A DNA stretch of 52,773 nucleotides, taken from contig JBFLXE010000001.1 of NCBI GenBank assembly GCA_040757455.1, positions 1-52,773 on the forward strand. The letters run 5' to 3'. Both the position numbers and the translations under genes were made by a program. How positions within the stretch are numbered: position 1 is the first letter of the stretch; the number at the start of each line of letters is the position of its first letter. The stretch is from Nitrospirota bacterium. GTDB taxonomy: Bacteria > Nitrospirota > Thermodesulfovibrionia > Thermodesulfovibrionales > SM23-35. Below the pieces are notes generated by a model. It had not been told where the DNA came from, searched no databases, and worked only from the letters and a program-made list of their open reading frames with translations. This document shows positions 28,839 to 37,112 of this stretch, piece after piece.

Positions 28839-29552
28839 ATGAATTTGAAGAAGGAATATTCATTTTCCGTTATAATTCCTGTCCTGAACGAATCGTCTCG
28901 CATTAATCAGACCATAGAACACGTGTTCAAAACCAGTTCCCTTTCAGGCTTTGATGTCGAGGTGATAGTTGTGGATGGGGATCCCGGTGGCAAGACAGTC
29001 AATTCCATCCGAAGCGATAGTGTCATTAAGATCATCTCCCGGAAAGGCAGGGGAGCACAGATGAACAGAGGTGCAGCAGTTGCTCACGGAGATGTTCTCC
29101 TGTTTGTACATTCAGATACCATGCTGCCTGAAGATGCCCTGAGAGCAATCTCTTCCGTGATGAAGGAAAAAACACAGGTGGGCGGGGCCTTTGACCTCGG
29201 AATTGAGTCTGACAAATTAATCTTCAGGATTATTGAAATAGGTGTGTACCTGAGGACGCGACTCACGAGAATTCCCTATGGCGATCAGGCTATATTCATC
29301 AGAAAAGATTTCTTCAGAATGATACAGGGATACCGTGAAATACCTCTGATGGAAGACTTCGAATTGATGAGACGGATAAAAAAATTGGGATACAGGATAT
29401 CCATTATCCCGCAGAAAGTGAGAACATCTCCGAGAAGGTGGGAGAAGAAGGGAGTCTTATATTGTACATTCACAAACTGGGCGCTCAGAAGTCTTTACCT
29501 CTGCGGAGTGCATCCCGAAAAGCTGCTTAAGTTCTATTATAAAAATTGGTAG
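28839..29552 (+). CDS. family 2 glycosyltransferase-like protein (resembles the TIGR04283-type transferase)
   Basis: It has the motifs FSVIIPVLNES, EVIVVDG, GRGAQMNRGA, LLFVHSDT, IPYGDQAIF, PLMEDFEL and SPRRWEKKG. Confidence 0.7.
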   Translation: MNLKKEYSFSVIIPVLNESSRINQTIEHVFKTSSLSGFDVEVIVVDGDPGGKTVNSIRSDSVIKIISRKGRGAQMNRGAAVAHGDVLLFVHSDTMLPEDALRAISSVMKEKTQVGGAFDLGIESDKLIFRIIEIGVYLRTRLTRIPYGDQAIFIRKDFFRMIQGYREIPLMEDFELMRRIKKLGYRISIIPQKVRTSPRRWEKKGVLYCTFTNWALRSLYLCGVHPEKLLKFYYKNW

Positions 29553-29609
29553 ATACGCAGACTTGTCCAGACTAAGAAAATTGATATTTTGGACAGCAGT
29601 GATAAATAT

Positions 29610-29840
29610 TTATGATTGCTGCTCTTTTTTACCTATCCTGTCGAAAATCTGTTGCAATGCAGCGCAGATTTCATTCGATAATTTTTGAAGCGTATCCATT
29701 CTCTCCATGGCCTTTAAAAGAAGACTGTGCAGGTCATCCTCTTCAACAGATGCATCAACGAGTTCCAGCGTTCCTTTTACTGCTATGATGTGCTCATTGA
29801 TCTGGTCGGATATTTCTTCGAGTCTGTTGCCTTCTTTCAT
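29610..29840 (-). CDS. hypothetical small acidic helical protein (76 aa)
   Basis: It lies 45 nt downstream of birA on the same strand. It is predicted all-helical by composition and I recognise no family. Confidence 0.4.
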   Translation of the reverse strand: MKEGNRLEEISDQINEHIIAVKGTLELVDASVEEDDLHSLLLKAMERMDTLQKLSNEICAALQQIFDRIGKKEQQS

Positions 29841-29885
29841 ATCTTCTCCCTTTATTACGATAATTGCTGGATTCGGGTATTTATT

Positions 29886-30692
29886 TTACGTTTGATGCCT
29901 CAATATTTTTAGATCGCCCGCGCTTATTTTTCTGGTTTCACCAGAAGGAAGTCTTAAAATCAGCATGCCTTTCTCATCTATTGACTCCGCGAATCCTCCA
30001 TAAGTCTCATTACCGGCGATCACCATGACTTTTTTGCCAAGCGTGGAATTAAGCCTCTGCCATTCAAGGATGAGATTACTCCCTCCCTTTTCCTTCATAA
30101 TTCGGTACCACCTGTCAAGCTCATTCAAAATTTCCGCGATTATTTCAGTTCTCGAATAACATCCGCCTGTCTCGTTCCTTAGAGACGTCGCTATTTCTCT
30201 CACATCTTCCGGAAGAATATCCAGGCTGACATTCACGTTGATTCCTATGCCTATGATAGCGAAGATTATTCTTTCATCCTGAGTTCTGAGTTCGGTGAGA
30301 ATCCCGCCCAATTTTTTGTCACCATACACGATATCATTCGGCCATTTTATGGCAACGTCAAGGCCGGTTGATCTTCTGAGAGCATGAACACATGACACGC
30401 CGGCCATTACCGTGATCAGCGTCCCATCCTCCACATGGATTGACGGTTTTGTTATAACACTCAGATAGATGTTTGAACCTGGCGGGGATATCCATGTCCT
30501 GCCAAGCCGCCCCCTGCCTTTTTTCTGGCTGTCCGCGACTACTACCGTTCCATCTTCAACCTTTTCGGCAAGGTCCGCAGCAAATGTGTTTGTGGAATCC
30601 ACAGTCTCAAGAAGAATGATATTTTTCCCGATGAGCCCCTTAGCCTTTACTTCTATTTCATTGGCAGAAAGATCGCCGATCACCGAAATCAT
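29886..30692 (-). CDS. birA: biotin-[acetyl-CoA-carboxylase] ligase, group I (no N-terminal HTH)
   Basis: It has the GRGRLGRTW biotin-binding motif and KWPNDI. At 268 aa it lacks the repressor domain. Confidence 0.9.
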   Translation of the reverse strand: MISVIGDLSANEIEVKAKGLIGKNIILLETVDSTNTFAADLAEKVEDGTVVVADSQKKGRGRLGRTWISPPGSNIYLSVITKPSIHVEDGTLITVMAGVSCVHALRRSTGLDVAIKWPNDIVYGDKKLGGILTELRTQDERIIFAIIGIGINVNVSLDILPEDVREIATSLRNETGGCYSRTEIIAEILNELDRWYRIMKEKGGSNLILEWQRLNSTLGKKVMVIAGNETYGGFAESIDEKGMLILRLPSGETRKISAGDLKILRHQT

Positions 30693-30697
30693 GAATA

Positions 30698-31390
30698 TTA
30701 CTTCTCTTCTTCCAGAACAACTACCTCTATCTTACCTTTTAGCCCTGCCGCAAACCTCTTCGCATCATCCTTTGTGCCAACTATCGAGTCATAATGCATT
30801 GGTATTGCAACCTTCGGCTTTATATCAAGAGCTGCTTTGATAGCCTCTTCTGCTGTCATCACGTATGTTCCTGATACGGGAAGAAGTGCAATATCCACAT
30901 TGAAGTTTTTCATTTCTGGAATGTAATCGGTATCTCCAGCAATGTAAATACGCCGCCCCTTCACCGTGAAAATATATCCAACCCACCCCTTCTCTCTGGT
31001 ATGAAATGGTTTGTTAGTGTTATAGGCTGGCACAGTCTCTATATCGATGCCCTCGATGTTGATTTTGTCGCCTGGTTTCACAATCCTGACATTTCCTGAC
31101 AGTTTTTTAGCACAATCAGAGGTTGCCACGATAACTGTTTTTGCTGTCTGAATCTTCTTAATGTCATCAGGCGAGCAGTGGTCAAAATGCTCATGAGTTA
31201 CTAAAATTATATCTGCGGTATCTTTTTTCTTAATCTTGAAGGGGTCCGTATAGATAACCTTCTCACCTGCTATTTTAAAAGTATCGTGTCCAAGCCAGTG
31301 TATGTCCTCCACCATTGCTCTTACTCCTTTCTCCCCTGCCAGGGCGCTCACAGGCAGAAGCATTATGAGAATTGCAAAAATGATCGGCAT
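30698..31390 (-). CDS. secreted MBL-fold metallo-hydrolase (UPF0173-like)
   Basis: It has the THEHFDH motif. GGAGGG precedes ATG 31390, and the signal peptide is MPIIFAILIMLLPVSALA. The track ORF's upstream extension runs across the promoter region into parA and is unlikely to be real. Confidence 0.75.
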   Translation of the reverse strand: MPIIFAILIMLLPVSALAGEKGVRAMVEDIHWLGHDTFKIAGEKVIYTDPFKIKKKDTADIILVTHEHFDHCSPDDIKKIQTAKTVIVATSDCAKKLSGNVRIVKPGDKINIEGIDIETVPAYNTNKPFHTREKGWVGYIFTVKGRRIYIAGDTDYIPEMKNFNVDIALLPVSGTYVMTAEEAIKAALDIKPKVAIPMHYDSIVGTKDDAKRFAAGLKGKIEVVVLEEEK

Positions 31391-31412
31391 TGACTCTTCC
31401 CTCCTTTCAAGA

Positions 31413-31421
31413 ATTATATCA
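31413..31421 (-). promoter_or_regulatory. extended -10 promoter element (TGATATAAT) for the MBL-birA operon
   Basis: It reads TGATATAAT on the minus strand, ~10 nt upstream of the GGAGGG SD of the MBL gene. Confidence 0.4.
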
Positions 31422-31429
31422 TACGTTGT

Positions 31430-31438
31430 TGCTATAAT
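31430..31438 (+). promoter_or_regulatory. extended -10 promoter element (TGCTATAAT) for parAB
   Basis: It is a perfect TGnTATAAT ~50 nt upstream of the parA ATG. It sits back to back with the minus-strand element, with 8 nt between them. Confidence 0.4.
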
Positions 31439-31487
31439 TATGCATTGACCGTTTGTTAATATTATCCTTATTGTTCCCACATAATAT

Positions 31488-32267
31488 ATGGGAAAAGTCA
31501 TAACGATTGTCAACCAGAAAGGTGGAGTTGGAAAGACCACCACAGCCATAAATCTTGCCGCCTCTCTGGCCCTTGCTGAAAGAGACATACTTATAATCGA
31601 TACCGATCCTCAGGGGAATTGCACGTCAGGACTTGGAATAAACAGGGATAACCTGGATAAGAGCCTCTATGATGTTTACGTTGGCAGATGTGGCATAGAG
31701 GGTGCCTTGAAGGACACAGCCATCGAACATCTGGATATATTGCCTTCGAACATTGATCTTCTGGGAGTAGAAATCGAACTTATCGGAAGAGAGGGAAGGG
31801 AAAAGGTACTCGCCACTGCCATTGGCCCGGTCAGAGAAAAATTTAAGTACATATTTATCGACTGTCCTCCTTCCCTGGGGCTTCTGACATTGAATGCACT
31901 TGTTGCTGCGGATTCCGTAATAATTCCGGTTCAATGCGAATATTATGCCCTCGAAGGACTTGGTCTCCTCACGTATACCCTGCGCCGGGTGAGAAGTTCT
32001 TTCAATCCTGATCTTGAAATAGAGGGAATAATTCTTACAATGTATGATATGAGAAATAACCTGTCACAGGAAGTCGCCAATGAGGTCAGGAAACATTTCG
32101 GTGAAAAGGTTTACAATACGGTTATTCCGAGGAATGTGACGCTTGGCGAGGCGCCAAGCTACGGGAAACCAGCAATACTTTATGACATCCGTTCAAAGGG
32201 CGCCCAGGGTTACCTATCCCTTGCAAAGGAGATTCTAAATGAAGACGGCTCTCGGAAAAGGTATTGA
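31488..32267 (+). CDS. parA: chromosome partitioning ATPase ParA/Soj
   Basis: It has the deviant Walker A NQKGGVGKTT and is followed by parB. Confidence 0.9.
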   Translation: MGKVITIVNQKGGVGKTTTAINLAASLALAERDILIIDTDPQGNCTSGLGINRDNLDKSLYDVYVGRCGIEGALKDTAIEHLDILPSNIDLLGVEIELIGREGREKVLATAIGPVREKFKYIFIDCPPSLGLLTLNALVAADSVIIPVQCEYYALEGLGLLTYTLRRVRSSFNPDLEIEGIILTMYDMRNNLSQEVANEVRKHFGEKVYNTVIPRNVTLGEAPSYGKPAILYDIRSKGAQGYLSLAKEILNEDGSRKRY

Positions 32268-33054
32268 AGCACTTATACCAGAAAAGGGGGATGAAGTTCT
32301 TCATCTGGACATTGAACGCATTCTCCCGGGTGAACAGCAACCGAGAAAGACTTTTAAGGATGATTCGCTCAAGGAACTCGCTTTATCGATCAGGGAAAAG
32401 GGTGTTATACAGCCTATCATCGTCTCAAGAGTTGGAGATGGCACGTTCAGAATCATTACGGGTGAGAGAAGGTGGAGAGCTGCAGCACTTGCAGGATTAA
32501 AAAAGATACCCGCCATTGTGAAAAGCCTTGCTTCAGAGGACGCTCTTGAAGTAGCACTTATAGAGAATATTCAGAGGGAAGACCTGAATCCTGTCGAGAC
32601 GGCAGAGGCATTCAACCGCCTCATCGTTGATTTTAACCTCACACAGGAGGAACTCTCCGGCAAAATCGGCAAAGATAGGGCGACGATCGCCAATTACCTA
32701 AGGCTCCTTAAACTGCCCGAAGAGGTGAAAATCCTCCTTTATGATGGCTCGTTGAGTATGGGCCATGCCAAGGCCCTTCTGACAATCGAGGGAAAAGCCA
32801 ATCAGGTTGAGGCAGCGAGAAAGATGGTGAGAAAGGGACTTAGCGTGAGAGAGGCCGAATCATTATCTAAAAGGTTCGTCAAACCGCGGAAGATACCGCG
32901 GGAGGATCCACAGATTTCGGCACTGCAACAGAAACTAATTCGAAGCCTCGGCACAAAAGTGAGGATAATCCATAAAGGAAAGAGAGGCAAAATAGAGATA
33001 GAATATTATTCTCTTGAGGAGCTTGACAGGCTTCTGGAGATTCTGCTGGGATAG
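32239..33054 (+). CDS. parB: chromosome partitioning protein ParB/Spo0J
   Basis: It has ALGKGIEALIP at the N-terminus, the ParB box ITGERRWRAA and an HTH region. It overlaps parA by 29 nt. Confidence 0.9.
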   Translation: MKTALGKGIEALIPEKGDEVLHLDIERILPGEQQPRKTFKDDSLKELALSIREKGVIQPIIVSRVGDGTFRIITGERRWRAAALAGLKKIPAIVKSLASEDALEVALIENIQREDLNPVETAEAFNRLIVDFNLTQEELSGKIGKDRATIANYLRLLKLPEEVKILLYDGSLSMGHAKALLTIEGKANQVEAARKMVRKGLSVREAESLSKRFVKPRKIPREDPQISALQQKLIRSLGTKVRIIHKGKRGKIEIEYYSLEELDRLLEILLG

Positions 33055-33083
33055 ATAGATCTATTGTTTCGCAGGAGGATTTG

Positions 33084-34031
33084 ATGCAAGATTCTGTCGA
33101 TACCTATGATGTCATAATAATCGGTGGCGGACCTGCTGGTCTTGCCGCAGGGCAGTACGCTGCACGAGCGAAACTAAAGACGGTGATACTGGATAAATCG
33201 TCATCCGCCGGCGCCCTCGCATACTCGAGCCGGATCGAAAATTATCCCGGCCTTGCCAAACCAGTTTCTGGCAAAGAATTACTTGACATCATGAGAACAC
33301 AGGCTCTTACTTTTGGAGCTGAATATCTGGAAACCCAGGTGGTAGGCGTTAATCTCACAGATGATGTTAAGAAAGCCTTGACTATGGATAGCGTATACGG
33401 CGGCAAGACGGTGATCATCGCCACCGGCGCTATGGGCAGAAAGCCATCCATAAAGGGCGAGAGCCAATTCCTTGGGAGGGGCGTCAGTTATTGTGCTATT
33501 TGTGATGCCGCCTTTTACCGGGGTATGAAGGTCTGCGTGATCGGAAATAGCGAGGAGGCCGTGAAGGAGGCAGGTGTGCTTACGCGATTTGCCGAGACTG
33601 TCTACCTCATCTCGCCGACGTCAAAACTTCAAGTAGACGATCATCCTGCCCTGAAGGAGCCAAATCTGAAAGTGCTACCGGGCCATACCGTGACATCCAT
33701 CGAGGGAAATGAACTGGTGGAGAGGATAAGGATGCGGGATCATGAAAATAAGGAGACGGAGCTGGAGCTTGCCGGGGTTTTTGTTTATCTTCATGGAAAC
33801 AAACCGATTGTCGATTTCCTTTACGGCTCTATAGAGACCAGAGACGACGGGTGCATACCGGTAAGCTGCATGATGGAGACATCAGTCCCGGGGGTTTTTG
33901 CTGCGGGAGATGTGACCTGTACCGAGATAAGGCAGGTTGTCGTCGCGGCATCACAAGGGTGCATTGCAGCACTGGCAGCAGAAAAGTATATATACAAGAG
34001 GAAACGGTACAGGATGGACTGGGCGAAGTAG
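33084..34031 (+). CDS. thioredoxin-reductase-like flavoprotein lacking the canonical NADPH-binding motifs
   Basis: It has the FAD motif IIIGGGPAGLAAG, the redox CAIC and GVFAAGDV. The GGGNSA site reads VIGNSEEA and the HRRDxxR site reads LISPTSKLQ. AGGAGG sits 5 nt before ATG 33084. Confidence 0.75.
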   Translation: MQDSVDTYDVIIIGGGPAGLAAGQYAARAKLKTVILDKSSSAGALAYSSRIENYPGLAKPVSGKELLDIMRTQALTFGAEYLETQVVGVNLTDDVKKALTMDSVYGGKTVIIATGAMGRKPSIKGESQFLGRGVSYCAICDAAFYRGMKVCVIGNSEEAVKEAGVLTRFAETVYLISPTSKLQVDDHPALKEPNLKVLPGHTVTSIEGNELVERIRMRDHENKETELELAGVFVYLHGNKPIVDFLYGSIETRDDGCIPVSCMMETSVPGVFAAGDVTCTEIRQVVVAASQGCIAALAAEKYIYKRKRYRMDWAK

Positions 34032-34032
34032 C

Positions 34033-34767
34033 CTACTTCTTTCCCTTTGTGAGGACAATGAGTTCTTCAGCATTTTTCGGAGCGTACCCGAGGGCGTCAT
34101 TATTGAAATAAACGAATACATCTTTTTTCTTTCTCAGATGCATCTTGATGAATTTTGCGTCCTCTTTCAGAGACTCAGTACTGTAAGAGGTTGCATAACT
34201 GCCTTCCATGCCGTGTCTGCGGACATACAAGAAATCAGTGGTTACGGGAAGCCTGTTCAAAAAGTCAGGATAGTCTGCCATACACAGTGCAATCTTCTCT
34301 TTTTCGAATAATCCGATCACCTTCTTATTTATCCATGACCTATTTCTGAATTCGAAAGTACTCCTTATCAAATAAGGCTTCAGTGCCTCGAGAAATTTAT
34401 TGATGCGTTCAAGGTCGAAACCAAAGTTTGGTGGAAGCTGCCACAGTATGACACCTAATTTCTCCTTAAGAACAGAGGCCCGGGAGAAGAAAGCCTCTAA
34501 AGGTTCTTCGCAATCCTTGAGCCTCTTTACATGGGTGATGAACCTGCTCCCTTTCAGAGAAAAAAGAAAATCCTCAGGAGTGGATGAATACCATTTCATA
34601 AATGTCTCCTTCTCCGGCAAGCGGTAAAAGGTCACATTTAATTCGACGGTGGCAAAATGTTTGATGTAATACTCGAGCCAGCGATTCTTGGGTAGATTTT
34701 CAGGATAAAACTTTCCTCTCCAATGATCATAAAGAAATCCACTGCATCCTATTTTCAGGTCTGCCAC
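34033..34767 (-). CDS. DUF72 (UPF0759, YecE-like) protein
   Basis: It has the IGCSGFLYDHWRGKFYP N-terminus and FRNRSW motif typical of DUF72. It converges on the trxB-like gene with a 1-nt gap. Confidence 0.8.
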   Translation of the reverse strand: MADLKIGCSGFLYDHWRGKFYPENLPKNRWLEYYIKHFATVELNVTFYRLPEKETFMKWYSSTPEDFLFSLKGSRFITHVKRLKDCEEPLEAFFSRASVLKEKLGVILWQLPPNFGFDLERINKFLEALKPYLIRSTFEFRNRSWINKKVIGLFEKEKIALCMADYPDFLNRLPVTTDFLYVRRHGMEGSYATSYSTESLKEDAKFIKMHLRKKKDVFVYFNNDALGYAPKNAEELIVLTKGKK

Positions 34768-34911
34768 ATAACTATTATATCACTCCGAAAACGGCGCTAA
34801 ACCTCGGGGGCAAAGAAGATATCATCTTATCCTTACTTCGGTGAGATTTGAGGAAAGGACACGGCTTCAAAATATTTCAACTTTTTATTCTGGACAAGTC
34901 CGGGGAAAGGA

Positions 34912-37044
34912 TTATCTTGAAACTCTGATGACCCCTTCGAGTTGTGCGATCTTCTGGGTCAATCCGGAGAGCTGATGCTTATCTTTCACTTCGAGTATAA
35001 AAGTGATGTGGGCTTTCTTATCTTCAGTCGAACTTGCCTCAATATGACTTATGTTCACATTTACCGAGGATATGAGTGCACTGAGATTTGCAAGTATACC
35101 CGGTTTGTCCACGGTCTCCAGGTAGAGCTTCACCGGAGAGGTCATGTCGCTGCCAGTCTTCCACTGAACATCAACAAGCCTCGCATCATCGACAGCAAGT
35201 CTGTCAAGATTGGGACAGTCCTTTCTGTGTATCGTTACGCCCCTTCCTCTTGTTATATACCCGACAAGGCCGTCACCGGGTATGGGATAGCAGCATTTTG
35301 CGGTATGATATAAGACGTCATCCAGGCCTCTGATGGTTATTCCTCTTGATCCCTTTCGCGGTTTTATAATCTTTGCGATCGGAACCTCTTCTTCGGGCTT
35401 CTCCGGAGCTAATCTATTTACGACCTGATGGGACGATATTTTTCCGTGACCGATGGAGGCGTAGAGGTCTTCAAGAACTTTGAAATTAAAGAACTTCAGC
35501 ACATTGTGCATCGCCTCTGACTTAATTACAGACATGCTCAGATCATGCCTTCTTATCTCTCCCTCCAGCAATTTAAGACCGAGTTCACTGCTCTGCTTGC
35601 GGTCTTCCGCTTTTATCCACTGTTTTATCTTGCTCTTGGCACGCTGTGTTACCACAAATTTAAGCCAATCCCTGCTCGGTCCGTGGGAGGGAGAAGTTAT
35701 TATCTCAACGGTATCGCCGTTTCTCAACACATACCTGAGTGGAACGATTCTGTCATTTACCTTTGCGCCAACGCACCTGTTACCCACTTCAGTATGAATA
35801 CTGTAAGCAAAATCAACAGGAGTGGATCTCACGGGTAATTCCTTTATTTCCCCTCTGGGTGTAAAGATGTAGATTACCTCTGGAGTAACCTCTCCTTTGA
35901 CCGCCTCAAGAAAATCCTTGGCGTCAACAAGATCCTTTTGCGCCTGTATAAACTCCCTCAACCAGGAAATATATCTGTCACTTCTCTCATCAATTGCGCC
36001 CTTTTCCTTGTACCTCCAGTGGGATGCAACGCCGTGTTCTGCTACCATATGCATCTCCGATGTTCTTATCTGGAATTCCACCCGTTCACCTTTTGGCCCG
36101 ATGACGGTGGTGTGCAGAGACTGATACATGTTTGACTTTGGAACGCCTATATAATCTTTAAATCTCCCCGGGATTGGCGTCCAGAGGGAATGAATAAGGC
36201 CAAGAATGGCATAACAGTTTGCTTTGCTATCCGTAATTATTCTCAAACCGAGGACGTCATGGACCTCTTCGAAAGTAATCTCCTGTTTCTGCATCTTCTG
36301 ATAAATGCCATAATAATGCTTGACTCTCCCCGACACGATGCCGGGAATGTTTTCCTCTTTAAGTTTTTTCTGTATTATCCCGCTCACCTCTTTAAGATAG
36401 GCCTCCTGCTCCTCTTTTCTCTTCGCAACTTTCTTAACGAGTTCGCTGTAAAGATCGGGCATAAGACTCTTGAAACTCAGATCTTCAAGCTCGGTTTTCA
36501 GCCAGCCGATCCCGAGCCTGTTGACAAGTGGAGCATAAATCTCAAGTGTCTCCAGGGCTATCCTCTGTTGTTTATTCTCCGGAAGATGCTGCAAGGTGCG
36601 CATATTATGAAGTCTGTCCGCAAATTTTATGAGTATTACTCTAATGTCTTCAGACATGGCGAGAAGCATCTTTCTGAAATTCTCTGCCTGTGCTTCTTCT
36701 TTTGTCGTGAAATGCATTTTGGAGAGCTTCGTGACTCCTTCAACAAGAAAGGCTATCTCCTCTCCAAATGAATTCCTTATGTCTTCTATGCGTGTACTTG
36801 TGTCTTCGATCGTATCATGGAGCAGACCTGCCGCAATCGTCTCAACATCCATCTTCATATCTGCGAGAATCGAGGCCACTGCCAGAGGATGCTCGATAAA
36901 AGGTGAACCCTCCAATCTCTTCTGTCTGAAATGGGCATGACTCGAAAACGCATAAGCCCTTTTTAAAACTTCAATGTCCGCATCAGAATTGTAGGAGAGT
37001 ACTTTCTTTACGAGGGAGCTAATTTTTACAGGTTCTTCTTTCAT
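34912..37044 (-). CDS. relA: bifunctional (p)ppGpp synthetase/hydrolase (RelA/SpoT homologue)
   Basis: It has an HD hydrolase domain (HPLAVA...LHDTIEDT), a synthetase region (YQSLHTTV), and TGS and C-terminal ACT regions; total length is 710 aa. Confidence 0.95.
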   Translation of the reverse strand: MKEEPVKISSLVKKVLSYNSDADIEVLKRAYAFSSHAHFRQKRLEGSPFIEHPLAVASILADMKMDVETIAAGLLHDTIEDTSTRIEDIRNSFGEEIAFLVEGVTKLSKMHFTTKEEAQAENFRKMLLAMSEDIRVILIKFADRLHNMRTLQHLPENKQQRIALETLEIYAPLVNRLGIGWLKTELEDLSFKSLMPDLYSELVKKVAKRKEEQEAYLKEVSGIIQKKLKEENIPGIVSGRVKHYYGIYQKMQKQEITFEEVHDVLGLRIITDSKANCYAILGLIHSLWTPIPGRFKDYIGVPKSNMYQSLHTTVIGPKGERVEFQIRTSEMHMVAEHGVASHWRYKEKGAIDERSDRYISWLREFIQAQKDLVDAKDFLEAVKGEVTPEVIYIFTPRGEIKELPVRSTPVDFAYSIHTEVGNRCVGAKVNDRIVPLRYVLRNGDTVEIITSPSHGPSRDWLKFVVTQRAKSKIKQWIKAEDRKQSSELGLKLLEGEIRRHDLSMSVIKSEAMHNVLKFFNFKVLEDLYASIGHGKISSHQVVNRLAPEKPEEEVPIAKIIKPRKGSRGITIRGLDDVLYHTAKCCYPIPGDGLVGYITRGRGVTIHRKDCPNLDRLAVDDARLVDVQWKTGSDMTSPVKLYLETVDKPGILANLSALISSVNVNISHIEASSTEDKKAHITFILEVKDKHQLSGLTQKIAQLEGVIRVSR

Positions 37045-37049
37045 AGTTT

Positions 37050-37055
37050 ATTATA
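37050..37055 (-). promoter_or_regulatory. TATAAT box 5 nt upstream of the SD-less relA start codon
   Basis: The minus strand reads agtTATAATaaactATG. There is no convincing -35. Confidence 0.25.
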
Positions 37056-37112
37056 TAACTTTGCATGGAGGAAGCTGGGTTCATGTACCCGGTTTAAGAT
37101 CTACTTACAACT

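Noticed and set aside
30698-31588. Long form (296 aa) of the MBL-fold gene overlapping parA by 100 nt
   Set aside because: The extension crosses the divergent promoter region and has no SD. ATG 31390 has a GGAGGG SD and starts a clean signal peptide.
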